A stretch of DNA of 64,000 bases from an uncultured Candidatus Binatia bacterium (GTDB taxonomy: Bacteria; Desulfobacterota; Binatia; Bin18): NCBI GenBank assembly GCA_965214605.1, contig OZ243961.1, forward strand, positions 1,103,008 to 1,167,007. Direction: 5' to 3'. Position numbers and translations under genes: made by a program. The notes beneath the pieces are model-generated. The model was not told where the DNA came from, ran no database searches, and was given only the letters and a program-made list of their open reading frames with translations. Shown here in pieces: positions 37,573-48,669 of this stretch. Position 1 is the first letter of the stretch; each line of letters starts with the position of its first letter.

Positions 37573-38787
37573 CTACTGAGCAGGGGCGATAAACTCGTCG
37601 TGCAAGACGCGGACGGCAAGTTCACGGTATTTGGCCTCAATGACAATAGAAATTTTAATCTCTGAGGTCGAAATCATCTGAATATTAATCCCCTCACGGG
37701 CTAAGACCTGAAACATGCGAGACGCCACCCCGGCATGGCTACGCATGCCGAGTCCAACGATGGACACTTTGGCGACCTGTGTATCAAACGTCACTCCGCC
37801 GGCCTGAATCTCCTCGGCAATACGTTCAACCCGGCTCAGTGCTCTCTGTACGTCGTCTTGGGGCACGGTGAAGGTCAGATCGGTAGAGCCCTCAGCACTC
37901 GCGTTTTGGATGATCATATCGACCACAATATTGTCATCCGCGATAGGGGTAAACAGCTTGGCCGCCAAACCGGGTCGGTCGGGAACCCGCTGCAGGGTAA
38001 TTTTGACTTGGTTCAGGTCGGACGTCACGCCTGAGACGATCACGTCTTCCATACTCGGTTCCTCTTCGACCAGAAACGTTCCGGTGTCCGGCACAAAGCT
38101 CGACCGGACATGGACCGCTACGTGGTGGCGTTTGGCGAACTCAACCGATCGAATCTGCAAAACTTTTGCCCCCAGGCTGGCCAACTCAAGCATCTCGTCA
38201 TAGGAGACACGCTGCATTTTTCGGGCGTTGGGGCAGATGCGCGGATCGGCAGTATACACGCCGTCCACATCGGTGTAGATCTCACACACCTCGGCTTGGG
38301 TCACGGCCGCAATAGCTACCGCCGAGGTGTCCGATCCGCCCCGGCCCAGAGTGGTAATATTGTCGTCGGCGTCAACTCCCTGAAAGCCGGCCACCACCAC
38401 GATGGCGCCGTTGTTGAGCGCGCCGGTCAAGCGGTCGGTTGCGATACGCTGAATCCGCGCCCGGCCAAAGGTACTATCGGTAGTGATTTCGACCTGGTGG
38501 CCGAGCAGCGGTTGGGTCGGATAGCCCATGTCTTTCAGAGCCATAGACAGTAGGGCCACAGTCACTTGTTCTCCAGTTGAAACCAAGAGATCGCTGGCCT
38601 GGGCGTCGGGGCGATCGGTCACCTGCCCGGCTAGTCCTAACAGCCGGTCCGTCTCACCGCTCATGGCCGACACCACAACCGCGACCCGATGGCCAGCGTT
38701 GCGAGTTTTGGCAATCCGCTGGGCGACCGCCTTGATTCGGTCAGGCGATCCGACCGATGTTCCGCCGTATTTCTGAACAATAAGCAT
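37573..38787 (-). CDS. aspartate kinase
   Basis: [15 protein letters not shown]-terminus, [14 protein letters not shown], and two C-terminal ACT domains. Confidence 0.95.
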   Translation of the reverse strand: MLIVQKYGGTSVGSPDRIKAVAQRIAKTRNAGHRVAVVVSAMSGETDRLLGLAGQVTDRPDAQASDLLVSTGEQVTVALLSMALKDMGYPTQPLLGHQVEITTDSTFGRARIQRIATDRLTGALNNGAIVVVAGFQGVDADDNITTLGRGGSDTSAVAIAAVTQAEVCEIYTDVDGVYTADPRICPNARKMQRVSYDEMLELASLGAKVLQIRSVEFAKRHHVAVHVRSSFVPDTGTFLVEEEPSMEDVIVSGVTSDLNQVKITLQRVPDRPGLAAKLFTPIADDNIVVDMIIQNASAEGSTDLTFTVPQDDVQRALSRVERIAEEIQAGGVTFDTQVAKVSIVGLGMRSHAGVASRMFQVLAREGINIQMISTSEIKISIVIEAKYRELAVRVLHDEFIAPAQ

Positions 38788-38798
38788 GGAATCCGTCT

Positions 38799-39293
38799 TC
38801 AGCAGAAAAAACGAGAGGGCTCACCAAGCCGGCGTATCAAGCGTCGGTAGGGCTCACCATACGCCGTCAACGTAATCATTCGGACATCGGCATGAGCGAT
38901 GCGCAAGGACACTAGCAGATACTCCTCAAGCAGGTTGACCGGGAGAAACCGAAACCATTCGACGGCGCTCACCCCCCGGCCAAACAGATACTCCTCAAAC
39001 CCGAGCTCTTCCATATCCTCGGTCTCAAGGCCTTCCAAACGGTACAAGTCGATATGGAATAGAGCAGCCTTCTCCCTATAATGCTCGGCGATGAGAGTAA
39101 AGGTGGGGCTGGCAACCGCATCACCATCAAGCCCTAGGCCGGTGGCTAAGCCCTTCACAAAGCAGGTCTTGCCAGCCCCCAGATCACCCTCAAGGCCGAC
39201 GACGGCTCCGGGCGATAATCTCCGCCCGATCTCTCGGCCGAGTGCCCGAGTCTGTTGGGGACTACCAGTTCGTACGGTCAAGCTAGAATTCAT
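38799..39293 (-). CDS. tsaE: tRNA threonylcarbamoyladenosine biosynthesis ATPase TsaE
   Basis: [14 protein letters not shown]-loop, SPTFTLI, and HIDLYRL motifs. Confidence 0.85.
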   Translation of the reverse strand: MNSSLTVRTGSPQQTRALGREIGRRLSPGAVVGLEGDLGAGKTCFVKGLATGLGLDGDAVASPTFTLIAEHYREKAALFHIDLYRLEGLETEDMEELGFEEYLFGRGVSAVEWFRFLPVNLLEEYLLVSLRIAHADVRMITLTAYGEPYRRLIRRLGEPSRFFC

Positions 39294-39307
39294 GGCTGAA
39301 GCGCCGT

Positions 39308-40894
39308 CTAGCCAGTCGGCTGATGGGCCTGAGTTGACAAGGACTGCAGTGAGCGCGGCAGCCGGTCGATAACGTCTCGGGCCAGTATTCCGACTGGTCC
39401 GAGCTCTTGGGCTGCCAGGTCACCCGCGCTGCCGTGGACGAAAACGCCTAACTGACACGCCTCAGCAGGCCGATAGCCTTGGGCCAGCAGACCGCCGATG
39501 ATACCGGCCAGGACGTCGCCCATCCCTCCGCTGGCCATACCAGGGTTACCAGTCGGATTGATCCAGGCCCAGCCGTCGGGAGCAGCGATCACCGTCCGAG
39601 CGCCTTTGAGGACAACATAACATCCGGAGTGGCTAGCGAAGCTGCGAGCGACGTCAAGGCGATCGACCTGGACCTCGGCCGTGCTGGTGCCGGTCAGCCG
39701 CGCCATCTCACCCGGATGTGGGGTCAGCACGACCGGCTGCGACGCCTCGCCCAGCATGTCGGGCTGGGCTGCTACACAGTTCAGGCCGTCGGCGTCGATT
39801 AGGAGCGGCATCTCGGTATTCTTGAGCAACCAGCGGGTCAGCTTCAGCGTGTCGGCAGAGACGCCAATACCGGGTCCAAACGCGATGGCGGTCCGGTCCT
39901 GGAGCGCCGCCGTATAGGGCGCTCTTGACGCCATCCGCAGACTGCCGTCGGCGCGTTCGGGAAGGCCGAGCGTCATGGCTTCGAGCAGGACCGAAGAAAA
40001 GACCGGAATAAGAGACTCCGGTCCAGCCAGCGTCACCAAACCGGTTCCGATCCGCAGGCTAGCAGAGGCGGCCAACAGCGCGGCGCCGCTCTTGCCGCGG
40101 GCACCAGCCAAGACCACCAGGTGTCCGAAGCGGCCCTTGTGTGATTCGGGCTGACGCGGCTGGACAAAGAGGCCCACTGTTTCAGGACTCAGCAAACCCA
40201 ACGTCGGCTCGACCGCGGCCAACGCCTCAGGCGCAACCCCGATATCGACGACGACCAGACGACCGACATACTTCAGCCCAGGATACAGGCTGAGGCCGAG
40301 CTTAGGATAGCCGAACGTGACGGTCAGCTGAGCTCGAACTGCGGCCTCCAGAGGCTGTCCGTTGTCGGCGTCTAAGCCGGACGGAATATCAACTGCGACC
40401 ACCGGCCGGCCACTGGCATTGACCAGCTTGATCAGTTCGGCAGCCATCCCCCGGACCGGCGCGTTGAGCCCGGTTCCCAGCAGGGCATCGACAACGACAC
40501 AACAGCTACTGAGTTTGTCCTGAACCAGCGTCAGCTGCTCCAGCTGCGTTACTTCGGTAATCCGCCCGCGGCCGCGGGCAAAGGCCAGCATATTGTGGCG
40601 CGCATCGCCTCTCACCGCCGCCCGTTTTGCGGCCAAGACGACCTCACAGGCGAGGCCGTGTTTTTTGAGTAAGCGGGCCATCACAAAGCCGTCGCCACCG
40701 TTGTTGCCCTTGCCGGCCAGCACCAAAACGGTAGCGTTCTTCTTATCGCTCAGGAGCTGCGGAAACGCTGCAAGCAGGTGGGCCGTTGCCCCGGCTCCAG
40801 CCCGTTCCATGAGTACCCGCCCCGGCGTTCCGTAGCGTTCAATGGTGAGCCGATCAATCTCACGCATCTGTTGGCCAGTCACCAGATACATCAC
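39308..40894 (-). CDS. nnr: bifunctional NAD(P)H-hydrate epimerase / ADP-dependent dehydratase
   Basis: N-terminal YjeF_N (GKGNNGGDGFV) and C-terminal carbohydrate-kinase domain (GNPGMASGGMGDVLAG). Confidence 0.9.
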   Translation of the reverse strand: MMYLVTGQQMREIDRLTIERYGTPGRVLMERAGAGATAHLLAAFPQLLSDKKNATVLVLAGKGNNGGDGFVMARLLKKHGLACEVVLAAKRAAVRGDARHNMLAFARGRGRITEVTQLEQLTLVQDKLSSCCVVVDALLGTGLNAPVRGMAAELIKLVNASGRPVVAVDIPSGLDADNGQPLEAAVRAQLTVTFGYPKLGLSLYPGLKYVGRLVVVDIGVAPEALAAVEPTLGLLSPETVGLFVQPRQPESHKGRFGHLVVLAGARGKSGAALLAASASLRIGTGLVTLAGPESLIPVFSSVLLEAMTLGLPERADGSLRMASRAPYTAALQDRTAIAFGPGIGVSADTLKLTRWLLKNTEMPLLIDADGLNCVAAQPDMLGEASQPVVLTPHPGEMARLTGTSTAEVQVDRLDVARSFASHSGCYVVLKGARTVIAAPDGWAWINPTGNPGMASGGMGDVLAGIIGGLLAQGYRPAEACQLGVFVHGSAGDLAAQELGPVGILARDVIDRLPRSLQSLSTQAHQPTG

Positions 40895-40902
40895 GGTATC
40901 CT

Positions 40903-42300
40903 CTACTCCGGTACGCCCAGGTGTGTACGCACCGCGTCGGCCACCTCCTCACCGTAGCCGTGCACCCGGCTCTCGTCGGTTCCTTCGACCATGACCCTCA
41001 CCAAAGGTTCGGTACCGGAGTAGCGCACCAGTAGACGGCCGGAATTGCCCAGCGCTTTGGTCACCCGTTGCATGGTCAGGGCAATAGGTTCGACGCTGGT
41101 TAGATCACACCGCTCACGGACCCTGATGTTAATCAGGTGTTGCGGATAGCGCGCCATGATGTGCTTGAGTTCGGACAGTGGCCGTTGGCGCTGGAGCATG
41201 ATGGCTAAAAGCGACAGAAAGGTGATCAGACCGTCCCCAGTCGTGTTGGTGTCTAAGAAGACAACATGCCCAGACTGTTCTCCGCCCAGCACATATCCAC
41301 CCCGCCGCATCGCTTCGACCACATAGCGGTCACCGACCGGAGTCCGAACCAACCGCCCGCCCATACGGCGCAGCGCCACCTCAAGGCCGAGATTGCTCAT
41401 CACGGTTGCCACCAAGGTCTTATGTGGAAGTTTGCCGGTGCGCAACTTTTCCTCAGCAGCAATGGCCAAAATGGCGTCACCATCGACAATCTCGGCGGTC
41501 TCGTCAACCAGGATGGCCCGATCTGCGTCGCCATCAAGAGCCAGCCCGATGTCCGCCCCGGTCTCTCGGACCAGCCGTTGGACGTGGTAGGGGTGGAGCG
41601 CTCCACAGTCGGCGTTAATATTCTCCCCGTCTGGCTCAACCCCAATCGCGGTCACCTGTGCGCCCAGTTCGGCCAAGACTTCGGGGGCTACTCTATAGCC
41701 AGCGCCGTTGGCACAGTCGATAACGATTTTGACCCCTTCCAGGGTCAGCTCGCGCGGAAAAGTAGTCTTGGCAAAGACGTTATAGCGTCCCAGGGCATCA
41801 TCGATCCGGGCGGCCTTGCCGATGGCGGTCGCGGTAGGCCGCAAATGGTCAATCTTCCCATCCATAACCAGCGCTTCGATGTTATCTTCGACGCCGTCAG
41901 GCAACTTGAACCCATCCCGCGAAAAAATCTTGACTCCATTATCCTGGAACGGATTATGCGAGGCGGAGATCATGACCCCGGCATTCGCCCGCTGGCTGCG
42001 GGTCAGAAAGGCAACTCCAGGAGTTGGTAGGGGCCCGACCAAGAGCACGTCCGCACCCATCGAACAGATGCCGGACGCCAGAGCGGTCTCAAGCATATAC
42101 CCCGACAAACGGGTATCCTTGCCAATCAGAATTTTATGCCGACCTGGGACATCACGAAAGACATAGGCCAGCGCTCGTCCGAGCCGTAGCGCCGTTTCTG
42201 CCGTTATCGGCTCGATATTGGCAACCCCCCGGATCCCGTCAGTACCAAACAAGCGTCCCCCCGTGTGCCCATCGCCCTGTCCATTTCCACTGTCCGTCAT
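40903..42300 (-). CDS. glmM: phosphoglucosamine mutase
   Basis: [23 protein letters not shown] (active-site Ser), DGDADR and GGEQSGH motifs. ATG 42300 (MTDSG...) is preferred over the extended ORF start at 42402. Confidence 0.95.
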   Translation of the reverse strand: MTDSGNGQGDGHTGGRLFGTDGIRGVANIEPITAETALRLGRALAYVFRDVPGRHKILIGKDTRLSGYMLETALASGICSMGADVLLVGPLPTPGVAFLTRSQRANAGVMISASHNPFQDNGVKIFSRDGFKLPDGVEDNIEALVMDGKIDHLRPTATAIGKAARIDDALGRYNVFAKTTFPRELTLEGVKIVIDCANGAGYRVAPEVLAELGAQVTAIGVEPDGENINADCGALHPYHVQRLVRETGADIGLALDGDADRAILVDETAEIVDGDAILAIAAEEKLRTGKLPHKTLVATVMSNLGLEVALRRMGGRLVRTPVGDRYVVEAMRRGGYVLGGEQSGHVVFLDTNTTGDGLITFLSLLAIMLQRQRPLSELKHIMARYPQHLINIRVRERCDLTSVEPIALTMQRVTKALGNSGRLLVRYSGTEPLVRVMVEGTDESRVHGYGEEVADAVRTHLGVPE

Positions 42301-42337
42301 AAACCTGTCCCTCTCACTTGTACAGGTGGCAGCGCTG

Positions 42338-43336
42338 TTATTGCCCACCCACCCCGGTGGGTTCCTCTTCGGCGTCTTGATTGTCTTCACCCGGCCGAGC
42401 AACCTGCCCGTTCGTCAGAGTTAAAGACACCTCCATCGGCTCCTGGGAGACAATCTCAACCCCCGGCGGCACCAGAACCGTTATGGTGGCCGGGGCGGTG
42501 CCCGACTTGTGTCCGGCCGCATCAATAAATACCTCTTCCTCACTCAACTGTAACTGTTCCAGCACCCGTTGCGGGCCGTGCACGACAACATCAACCGTGG
42601 TCGGAGAAAGCGCGGCGACTAGGTCCGTATTGCGCACGGTCAACGTGATCTGTGGAAAGGCGCGCGAGATCATCACATCCTGAATCTCAACTCGAACGCG
42701 AACTTGTGGCAGGTTGTAGGCCAGCAGGTCATCCTGCGGCCGTATTAAATCGAGATCAAGCGTCGTCGATTGAGTCAAGCGACTCAGCTGCAGGGGCTCG
42801 GTCAGCACCGACCGGAGACGAGCCACAGCAGGAGCCGGACCGGTGACTTCGACCGTATCAGGCACCAGCTCCATCTCGCCGGCTTGATAGCCCGAGGGTG
42901 GCTCGCCTTGGACGTCGAGATGGATCGGCAAGGTGCGCGTCTCAATCCGGGTAATGTCAAGGTTGATTTGAGACGGACTGATCCGCACCAGCTGTACCCC
43001 ACGCGGCAGACTGAGCCGTTCAGCTCCAATCCGGAAAGACGACTGCCCAGGACGCATTCCGGTCAGGTCCAACACGATCTTTGGTTGGTTGAGTAAGCCT
43101 AAGAGGGTGCGCGGTCCGAGGACTTGGACATCGACCGAAGCAACCTGGACTCCGGTCACGACCAAGTGGGGCGGCAGGTTTCGCCATTCGAGCGGAACGG
43201 TCAGCGACTTTTCAGTATCCCGCTCTCCAGCATTCACCATCAGCCACAGCCCGGCTGCAAAGACCAGAGAAAACACTTTCACAAAAATGTTCCGAAAGAT
43301 GATCCGCCACAGGAGGTGCAATCCGTCCTTAAGCAT
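42338..43336 (-). CDS. YbbR (CdaR-like) domain protein
   Basis: N-terminal TM then repeated YbbR-like beta modules, in the canonical position between cdaA and glmM. An alternative ATG lies at 43378. Confidence 0.75.
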   Translation of the reverse strand: MLKDGLHLLWRIIFRNIFVKVFSLVFAAGLWLMVNAGERDTEKSLTVPLEWRNLPPHLVVTGVQVASVDVQVLGPRTLLGLLNQPKIVLDLTGMRPGQSSFRIGAERLSLPRGVQLVRISPSQINLDITRIETRTLPIHLDVQGEPPSGYQAGEMELVPDTVEVTGPAPAVARLRSVLTEPLQLSRLTQSTTLDLDLIRPQDDLLAYNLPQVRVRVEIQDVMISRAFPQITLTVRNTDLVAALSPTTVDVVVHGPQRVLEQLQLSEEEVFIDAAGHKSGTAPATITVLVPPGVEIVSQEPMEVSLTLTNGQVARPGEDNQDAEEEPTGVGGQ

Positions 43337-44084
43337 GGACAAAAAACTGTTGGAGCGAGACGCGGAGCGTGGCGACATCTAAGTCATGCTCAATCCGCCC
43401 TTCCCGTACCAAGGACACAGTCCCTTCTTCTTCCGATACTATCACAACAAGCGCGTCGGTTTCCTCGGTCAGTCCGATTGCCGCCCGATGACGAGCGCCC
43501 AGATTTTTATTCACGTTAGGATTAACGGTCAGCGGCAAGAAACACCCCGCTGCGGTAATGCGCCCAGCCTGAATGACAACTGCTCCGTCATGAATCGGCG
43601 AGGCAGTCAGAAAAATACTCCCCAGTAATTCTTTACTCACCCGGGCATCAAGCGGGGTGCCACCCCCGATGTACTCGTTGAGCCCGACGGTTCGTTCCAG
43701 AACGATCAGCGCCCCAATCCGTTTTGAGGCCAACGAAACCGCAGCTCGGCTCACCTCCTCAGCAACCGAGGTATACGTACTCCGGGTGCGTACCCCGAGC
43801 AAGGACCCACGTCCCATCTCGGTCAAGGCCCGACGGATGTCGTTTTGAAACAGCACGACAATAACGAGCAGGATAGAGCCAAGGAAATTATCCAGCATCC
43901 AGTTCAGGGTGTAGAGCTCCAAAACCTGAGAGCCGAGATAGGTCAGAAACAGAAGGACCAAGCCGACCAACATTTGCACCGCTCGAGTCCCCCGGATCAG
44001 ATGGATGATCCAGTACACCCCACAGGCAATGAGGACGACATCAAGGAGGTCTTGCCAGCGCAGCTGAATAAAGAGATCGGACAT
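43329..44084 (-). CDS. cdaA: diadenylate cyclase CdaA
   Basis: Three N-terminal TM spans, then a DisA_N domain (GALIVLER, DGAVVI, GARHRAA, VSEE.G.VS). Confidence 0.9.
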   Translation of the reverse strand: MSDLFIQLRWQDLLDVVLIACGVYWIIHLIRGTRAVQMLVGLVLLFLTYLGSQVLELYTLNWMLDNFLGSILLVIVVLFQNDIRRALTEMGRGSLLGVRTRSTYTSVAEEVSRAAVSLASKRIGALIVLERTVGLNEYIGGGTPLDARVSKELLGSIFLTASPIHDGAVVIQAGRITAAGCFLPLTVNPNVNKNLGARHRAAIGLTEETDALVVIVSEEEGTVSLVREGRIEHDLDVATLRVSLQQFFVHA

Positions 44085-44235
44085 GGGGCTCAGGCTGCTG
44101 CCCCCACACGAACCACCCTCCGCTCAGACACAGACGGCGTCTGTAGGCTGGTCCAGGGGCGTCCGCTGAGGACAACGGTCGAGCCCCGGTTGCCAAGACG
44201 GGCGGCGTGCGGCATGGGTAGCCTCAACTTTTGGA

Positions 44236-46077
44236 CTAGGCCTCGGCTGGTGCCGGTGAATCGCTCGCCGCGTTTGGATCTTTGCCAAAGAGTTTAATCA
44301 TCTCGGCAATCTCGGCCCCATCCAGGACTTCTTTCTCCAGGAGATGCTCAGCCATCTTGTGCAAGACCTCGATATTGGTCTGCAACAGCACCTTGGCTCG
44401 CTCGTAGGCGTTCATGATGATCCGACGAACCTCGCTATCAATCTCAATCGCCGTCTGCTCAGAGTATTCTTTCATTTGGGTGAAATCACGGCCCAGAAAA
44501 ATCTGTTCATCTTTCTTACCAAACGTCATTGGGCCGAGCTTTTCGCTCATACCCCACTCACACACCATACGACGGGCCAGTTCGGTCGCTTTCTCGATAT
44601 CGTCGCCCGCGCCGGTCGTGGTATGGCCGAGCACGATCTCTTCCGCCACCCGACCGCCAAACATAATCGCCAAACGCTTGAGCACGTACTCTTTGGAGAA
44701 GGTATGACGGTCGTCGACCGGGACCTGCTGGGTCACGCCGAGTGCCATCCCACGCGGGATAATCGAGACTTTGTGGACCGGATCAGTGCCCGGAGTGAGT
44801 CCAGCGACAAGCGCGTGGCCTGCCTCGTGATAGGCAGTGTTACGTTTCTCTTCAGACGTCAGAATCAGACTGCGCCGCTCGGCTCCCATTAAAACCTTAT
44901 CTTTGGACAGCTCAAAGTCTTCCATACTGACTTTTTCTTTGTTTTGGCGGGCGGCCAGCAGGGCGGCCTCGTTCACGAGGTTCTCGAGGTCGGCCCCGGA
45001 GAACCCCGGCGTTGTGCGGGCCAGGGTTTCGACATCAACGCTCTCGTCGATTGGCACATGGCGACTGTGAACACGCAGAATCTCTTCGCGGCCGCGGACA
45101 TCCGGACGGGGCACCACCACCCGCCGATCAAATCGCCCCGGCCGCAGCAGGGCGGGATCGAGAACATCAGGCCGGTTGGTGGCTGCAATAAGAATGACCC
45201 CCTCATTGGCCTCGAAACCGTCCATTTCGACCAAGAGCTGGTTAAGCGTCTGTTCGCGCTCGTCGTGGCCGCCCCCCAGCCCCGCCCCACGGTGGCGTCC
45301 AACCGCATCAATTTCGTCGATGAAGATCAGACATGGAGCCTGTTTTTTGCCCTGGATAAACAGATCGCGGACGCGGGATGCCCCGACCCCGACAAACATC
45401 TCGACAAAGTCTGAGCCGCTTATTGAGAAGAACGGCACCCCGGCCTCGCCGGCAATGGCACGGGCTAGCAGCGTTTTCCCGGTTCCCGGTGCGCCCACCA
45501 GCAATACGCCCTTGGGAATACGACCGCCTAGGCGGGTAAACTTTTTGGGATCTTTCAGAAAGGCAATGATCTCTTCGAGCTCTTGTTTGGCCTCCTCAAT
45601 ACCCGCAACGTCGCTAAAAGTGACTTTTTGCTGATTTTCGGTCAACACCTTGGCCCGGCTCTTACCAAACGACATAGCCTTGCCCCCACCCATCTGCATC
45701 TGGCGCATAAAGAACACCCAGACACCGATGAGGAGCAACATCGGGAACCATTGGACTAAGACCGCCACATACCACGGATCGCCCTGTTCGGGCTTGGCGG
45801 CAACCCGCACGCCCTGCTCGCGCAGGGTCCGCAGCAATTCAGGATCATCGGGCGAGGGCGCAAAGGTTTTAAAGCGGCTGTCGTCACTAAAGCGGCCATA
45901 AATCGTCTGCCCCTGTATGGTGACTTCGGAGACCTCACCGCGTTTGAGGGCGGAGAAGAAATCGCTAAACACCACCTCAGGTCTTTGAGGCTGCTGGCGG
46001 CTGAATAAATTAAACAGCAGGAGAATCATGAGTCCCAACACCAGCCATAAAGCGAGATTGTGTGAAACTTTGTTCAC
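44236..46077 (-). CDS. ftsH: ATP-dependent zinc metalloprotease FtsH
   Basis: [11 protein letters not shown] Walker A, IIFIDEID Walker B, the SRH region, and the HEAGHA zinc site. GTG 46077 ([13 protein letters not shown]) is preferred, with an alternative GTG at 46101. The tracked N-terminal extension to 46236 overlaps tilS. Confidence 0.95.
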   Translation of the reverse strand: MNKVSHNLALWLVLGLMILLLFNLFSRQQPQRPEVVFSDFFSALKRGEVSEVTIQGQTIYGRFSDDSRFKTFAPSPDDPELLRTLREQGVRVAAKPEQGDPWYVAVLVQWFPMLLLIGVWVFFMRQMQMGGGKAMSFGKSRAKVLTENQQKVTFSDVAGIEEAKQELEEIIAFLKDPKKFTRLGGRIPKGVLLVGAPGTGKTLLARAIAGEAGVPFFSISGSDFVEMFVGVGASRVRDLFIQGKKQAPCLIFIDEIDAVGRHRGAGLGGGHDEREQTLNQLLVEMDGFEANEGVILIAATNRPDVLDPALLRPGRFDRRVVVPRPDVRGREEILRVHSRHVPIDESVDVETLARTTPGFSGADLENLVNEAALLAARQNKEKVSMEDFELSKDKVLMGAERRSLILTSEEKRNTAYHEAGHALVAGLTPGTDPVHKVSIIPRGMALGVTQQVPVDDRHTFSKEYVLKRLAIMFGGRVAEEIVLGHTTTGAGDDIEKATELARRMVCEWGMSEKLGPMTFGKKDEQIFLGRDFTQMKEYSEQTAIEIDSEVRRIIMNAYERAKVLLQTNIEVLHKMAEHLLEKEVLDGAEIAEMIKLFGKDPNAASDSPAPAEA

Positions 46078-46108
46078 TCCTTGCCCCTTTCCATCATACA
46101 CGGCCAAC

Positions 46109-47656
46109 CTAACACAGTTCTGCTTTCTCCGGCAATGGGCTGACCACACACTGACACACCGAACGCGTTGTCGGCGTGACCAGGGCGGTTTTCCCCCGGA
46201 CATAACCGGGCACCCATGCCACTTCAGAATCATCATCTCCCAAAACGACCAAGGGAAAAATCAGACGCAGACGGCGCGGCAGCTTAGCATCACTAAATAC
46301 ATTGTAAACTTTCTTTCGGCCAGCCATGCCTAGAGGAAAAATACGATCTCCGGGCCGCACACTGCGCACCCGAAGGCCTGACGACACCAGCGCGGCGTCA
46401 AAGAACGTCCGCCACGGATCGGCCGTTCGCGCCTGGGCGGGTGTAGCCTGCCACGCGATCGGCTCGCTCAGCCAACACTGCCAGCCGCTGCCGGGTATGT
46501 GGGGGATAGCGGGCAGTCCCAGCCTTTGCCCGCATGAGAGGAGGTAGGTGTAGGATTCAGAGGTAAAACGCTTTGGTTCAGCAATAAGACAGTCCTGTTC
46601 AACCCGGACCTGGAGACTGCCGGGCAGTTCAACAGTGCCCCGAACCCGCCCTTCGGCCAAGGCCCGAACCTGTTCAAGGTGAATAAAGCCAAGGTGGTGG
46701 CCAATGAGTTCGAGCCACTGGCGTAAAATCCGGACGCGCAGGGCGACAGGCTCAGTCGCCCAGGCGCGGACGCGCAGGCCGGGCATGCCGTCCCGCTTAT
46801 ACTGAACGCGCAGTCGGGCCGCCGTTGTCGCGGTTTCGAGCCAAGCCTCTTCTTCGCGTAAGGTATCGGCCAGATGGGCCAAATGACGAGAGATGCGAGG
46901 CGAGAACTCGGTCGCCAGCAGGGGCAACAGGCGGTGTCGAATGCGGTTGCGAGCATAACCGAGATCGGCGTTACTGGGATCGGTCACATAAGACAACCGG
47001 CGGTCGGTCAGATACTCCAAGACTTCCTGCCGGCTGCAGTCCAGCAGCGGACGAATGAGCCGCTTGTCTCCCTGCGTTCCGATCGTGCGACTTGGCGGAA
47101 TACCGCTTAGGCCGCGCCGGGCACTGCCCCGCAGGAGCCGAAACAGCACGGTTTCGGCCTGATCGTCCCGGGTGTGGGCCAGAGCTAGATAGTCCAGCCC
47201 TTCTTGCTCCATCACCGCTTCAAAAAATTGATAGCGCGCGTTGCGCGCCCAGGCTTCAACGCCGTGAGGGGGGGGGGAGAAGTCCAGTTTCTTTATAAAG
47301 CAGGGCAGCTGCCACAGCCGACACAGCCGTTCAACATATCGCTGTTCGTGGTCGGCTTCCGGCCGCAGCCCATGGTTGACGTGGAGTACGCTGAGGTGTG
47401 AGGGGACACTGCTCGGCTGGGCTAGCAGGGCGCTCAACAAGGCGACAGAGTCTGGTCCACCCGAAACCCCGACTCCGAGACGAACGACCTGGTTGCCCGG
47501 CCCAGCCTGTCCTGGGGAAGAAAAAAACCGCCTCAGAGCAGTCTCGACTTTACGTTCGAGCGGCAAAACCCCTCCCTTTTTTCCCCCTGAACGGGGGCTT
47601 TGACCTTCCATACGTCTACCGTACGGCCCCTTGTGACGTTGCGGGAACCTTGGCAT
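46109..47656 (-). CDS. tilS: tRNA(Ile)-lysidine synthase
   Basis: [15 protein letters not shown]-loop, immediately upstream of ftsH (conserved synteny). The start may be the internal Met at 47611. The gene contains a C10 run (plus-strand G10 at 47268-47277) encoding SPPPH. Confidence 0.85.
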   Translation of the reverse strand: MPRFPQRHKGPYGRRMEGQSPRSGGKKGGVLPLERKVETALRRFFSSPGQAGPGNQVVRLGVGVSGGPDSVALLSALLAQPSSVPSHLSVLHVNHGLRPEADHEQRYVERLCRLWQLPCFIKKLDFSPPPHGVEAWARNARYQFFEAVMEQEGLDYLALAHTRDDQAETVLFRLLRGSARRGLSGIPPSRTIGTQGDKRLIRPLLDCSRQEVLEYLTDRRLSYVTDPSNADLGYARNRIRHRLLPLLATEFSPRISRHLAHLADTLREEEAWLETATTAARLRVQYKRDGMPGLRVRAWATEPVALRVRILRQWLELIGHHLGFIHLEQVRALAEGRVRGTVELPGSLQVRVEQDCLIAEPKRFTSESYTYLLSCGQRLGLPAIPHIPGSGWQCWLSEPIAWQATPAQARTADPWRTFFDAALVSSGLRVRSVRPGDRIFPLGMAGRKKVYNVFSDAKLPRRLRLIFPLVVLGDDDSEVAWVPGYVRGKTALVTPTTRSVCQCVVSPLPEKAELC

Positions 47657-47667
47657 GGTGTCGGGTT

Positions 47668-48321
47668 GTGCAAAGATACGCCCTACCCCACGTGTTCGCT
47701 CTTCTTCTTGTTTGGAGCCTGTGTGTCCCAGGCGTGGCTTTTTCTGCCGACCCAGCCCCCTGGAGTAAATCGCTCCCGCCAGGCTTAGCAGAATTGCTGC
47801 AGGAATTACATCAAAAATATGGTCCCGATACGATCGCCCTCCTAGGCCGGTTGCTCGACACCTCTCGACGCAGCGGTGGTCTGCTCACCGCGTCTGTGGA
47901 AGTGAGCGGTATTGAGACCCAGCAAGAACAGACGTTCCTAACTTTTCAGGTGAAAACCGGCCTGATCTATAACTCTCTTGTGCTGAGTCAAACCGAGCGA
48001 CTCATTGACCTGTGGACCAAGATTGTAGCGCAATCATTCATGGCTTTTCGAACCTTAGAGTTTCCTGCCGATGGAATCTTGCTGGCCCTCCATTACCACT
48101 CCAGGCCCTACGGCAGCCTTGAGGATCTGAACCAGGATCTCGACGACCCTAGTCAGGCTGGTGAAGCGGGCGAAGCGAGATTCTATTTCTCGGAACAATC
48201 CTTACAAGCCTTTCTGAGTGAGGAACTCTCGGCGCAAGAGCTGCTGACCCGAACAACCATCCTGGCCAACGGCAGGCCGGTTGCGCTTCAGCTCCCACCA
48301 CCGTCCAACAGCGAGACCTAG
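47668..48321 (+). CDS. hypothetical exported protein
   Basis: GTG 47668, just past the divergent tilS start. Signal-like ALPHVFALLLVWSLCVPGVAFSA. No recognised domain. Confidence 0.5.
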   Translation: MQRYALPHVFALLLVWSLCVPGVAFSADPAPWSKSLPPGLAELLQELHQKYGPDTIALLGRLLDTSRRSGGLLTASVEVSGIETQQEQTFLTFQVKTGLIYNSLVLSQTERLIDLWTKIVAQSFMAFRTLEFPADGILLALHYHSRPYGSLEDLNQDLDDPSQAGEAGEARFYFSEQSLQAFLSEELSAQELLTRTTILANGRPVALQLPPPSNSET

Positions 48322-48347
48322 CCAAGATTTGGCTGAGGCTTGGTGGT

Positions 48348-48449
48348 TTACTCTTTATTGCCGCTTACCAGCACGGCTACAGTTGCTATGGCCGCAGAAA
48401 GCACGGCCGCCCCGGCAACAATTTGCATAAAAATAGCAAGGGGGTCCAT
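48348..48449 (-). CDS. 33-aa hydrophobic small protein (unannotated sORF)
   Basis: MDPLAIFMQIVAGAAVLSAAIATVAVLVSGNKE. An AAGGAGAA SD lies about 6 nt upstream of ATG 48449. It is below the ORF-track length cut-off and sits directly downstream of the tRNA. Confidence 0.4.
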   Translation of the reverse strand: MDPLAIFMQIVAGAAVLSAAIATVAVLVSGNKE

Positions 48450-48511
48450 AGCTGTTCTCCTTGAGAAGGGTTCTGAAATTCGAAATGTTGTATCTACACA
48501 AAAGTGAGGCA

Positions 48512-48585
48512 TAGCGACGGGCAGAATCGAACTGCCGACCTAGGGATTATGAGACCCTCGCTCTAGCCTACTGAGCTACGTCGCC
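48512..48585 (-). tRNA. tRNA-Met (anticodon CAT); elongator most likely, Ile2/initiator not formally excluded
   Basis: Manual cloverleaf of GGCGACG-TA-GCTC-AGTAGGCTA-GAGC-G-AGGGT-CTCATAA-TCCCT-AGGTC-GGCAG-TTCGATT-CTGCC-CGTCGCT-A. 7-bp acceptor stem (G1-U72 wobble) and GGCAG/CTGCC T-stem. No encoded CCA. Confidence 0.9.
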
Positions 48586-48615
48586 ACAACGTCCTTAGCA
48601 GGATAACAGCTAGGC

Positions 48616-48645
48616 ATACTAGCCGACAATGGCCCAGCTCGGCAA
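48616..48645 (-). promoter_or_regulatory. candidate sigma70-type promoter for the tRNA (TTGCCG-18 nt-TAGTAT)
   Basis: On the minus strand, the -35-like element is at 48645-48640 and the -10-like element at 48621-48616, about 30 nt upstream of the tRNA 5' end. The match is only moderate. Confidence 0.3.
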
Positions 48646-48669
48646 GCCCGCTGGCCTGCTAGGTGATCA

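Noticed and set aside
42301-42402. Extended starts of glmM (42402) and, similarly, def (25525), rdgB (24938), LLM (9230), permease (31337) and the phosphoesterase (49479)
   Set aside because: Internal ATGs align with the conserved family N-termini. Where checked (LLM at 9173) they have a good SD, and for rdgB and the permease they show tight stop/start coupling with the upstream gene. The extensions overlap neighbouring genes.
48512-48585. Calling the CAU tRNA tRNA-Ile2 because tilS is nearby
   Set aside because: The acceptor stem (G4-C69, A5-U68) looks like elongator Met rather than typical Ile2 determinants, and tilS proximity is not evidence. I kept it as tRNA-Met with stated ambiguity.
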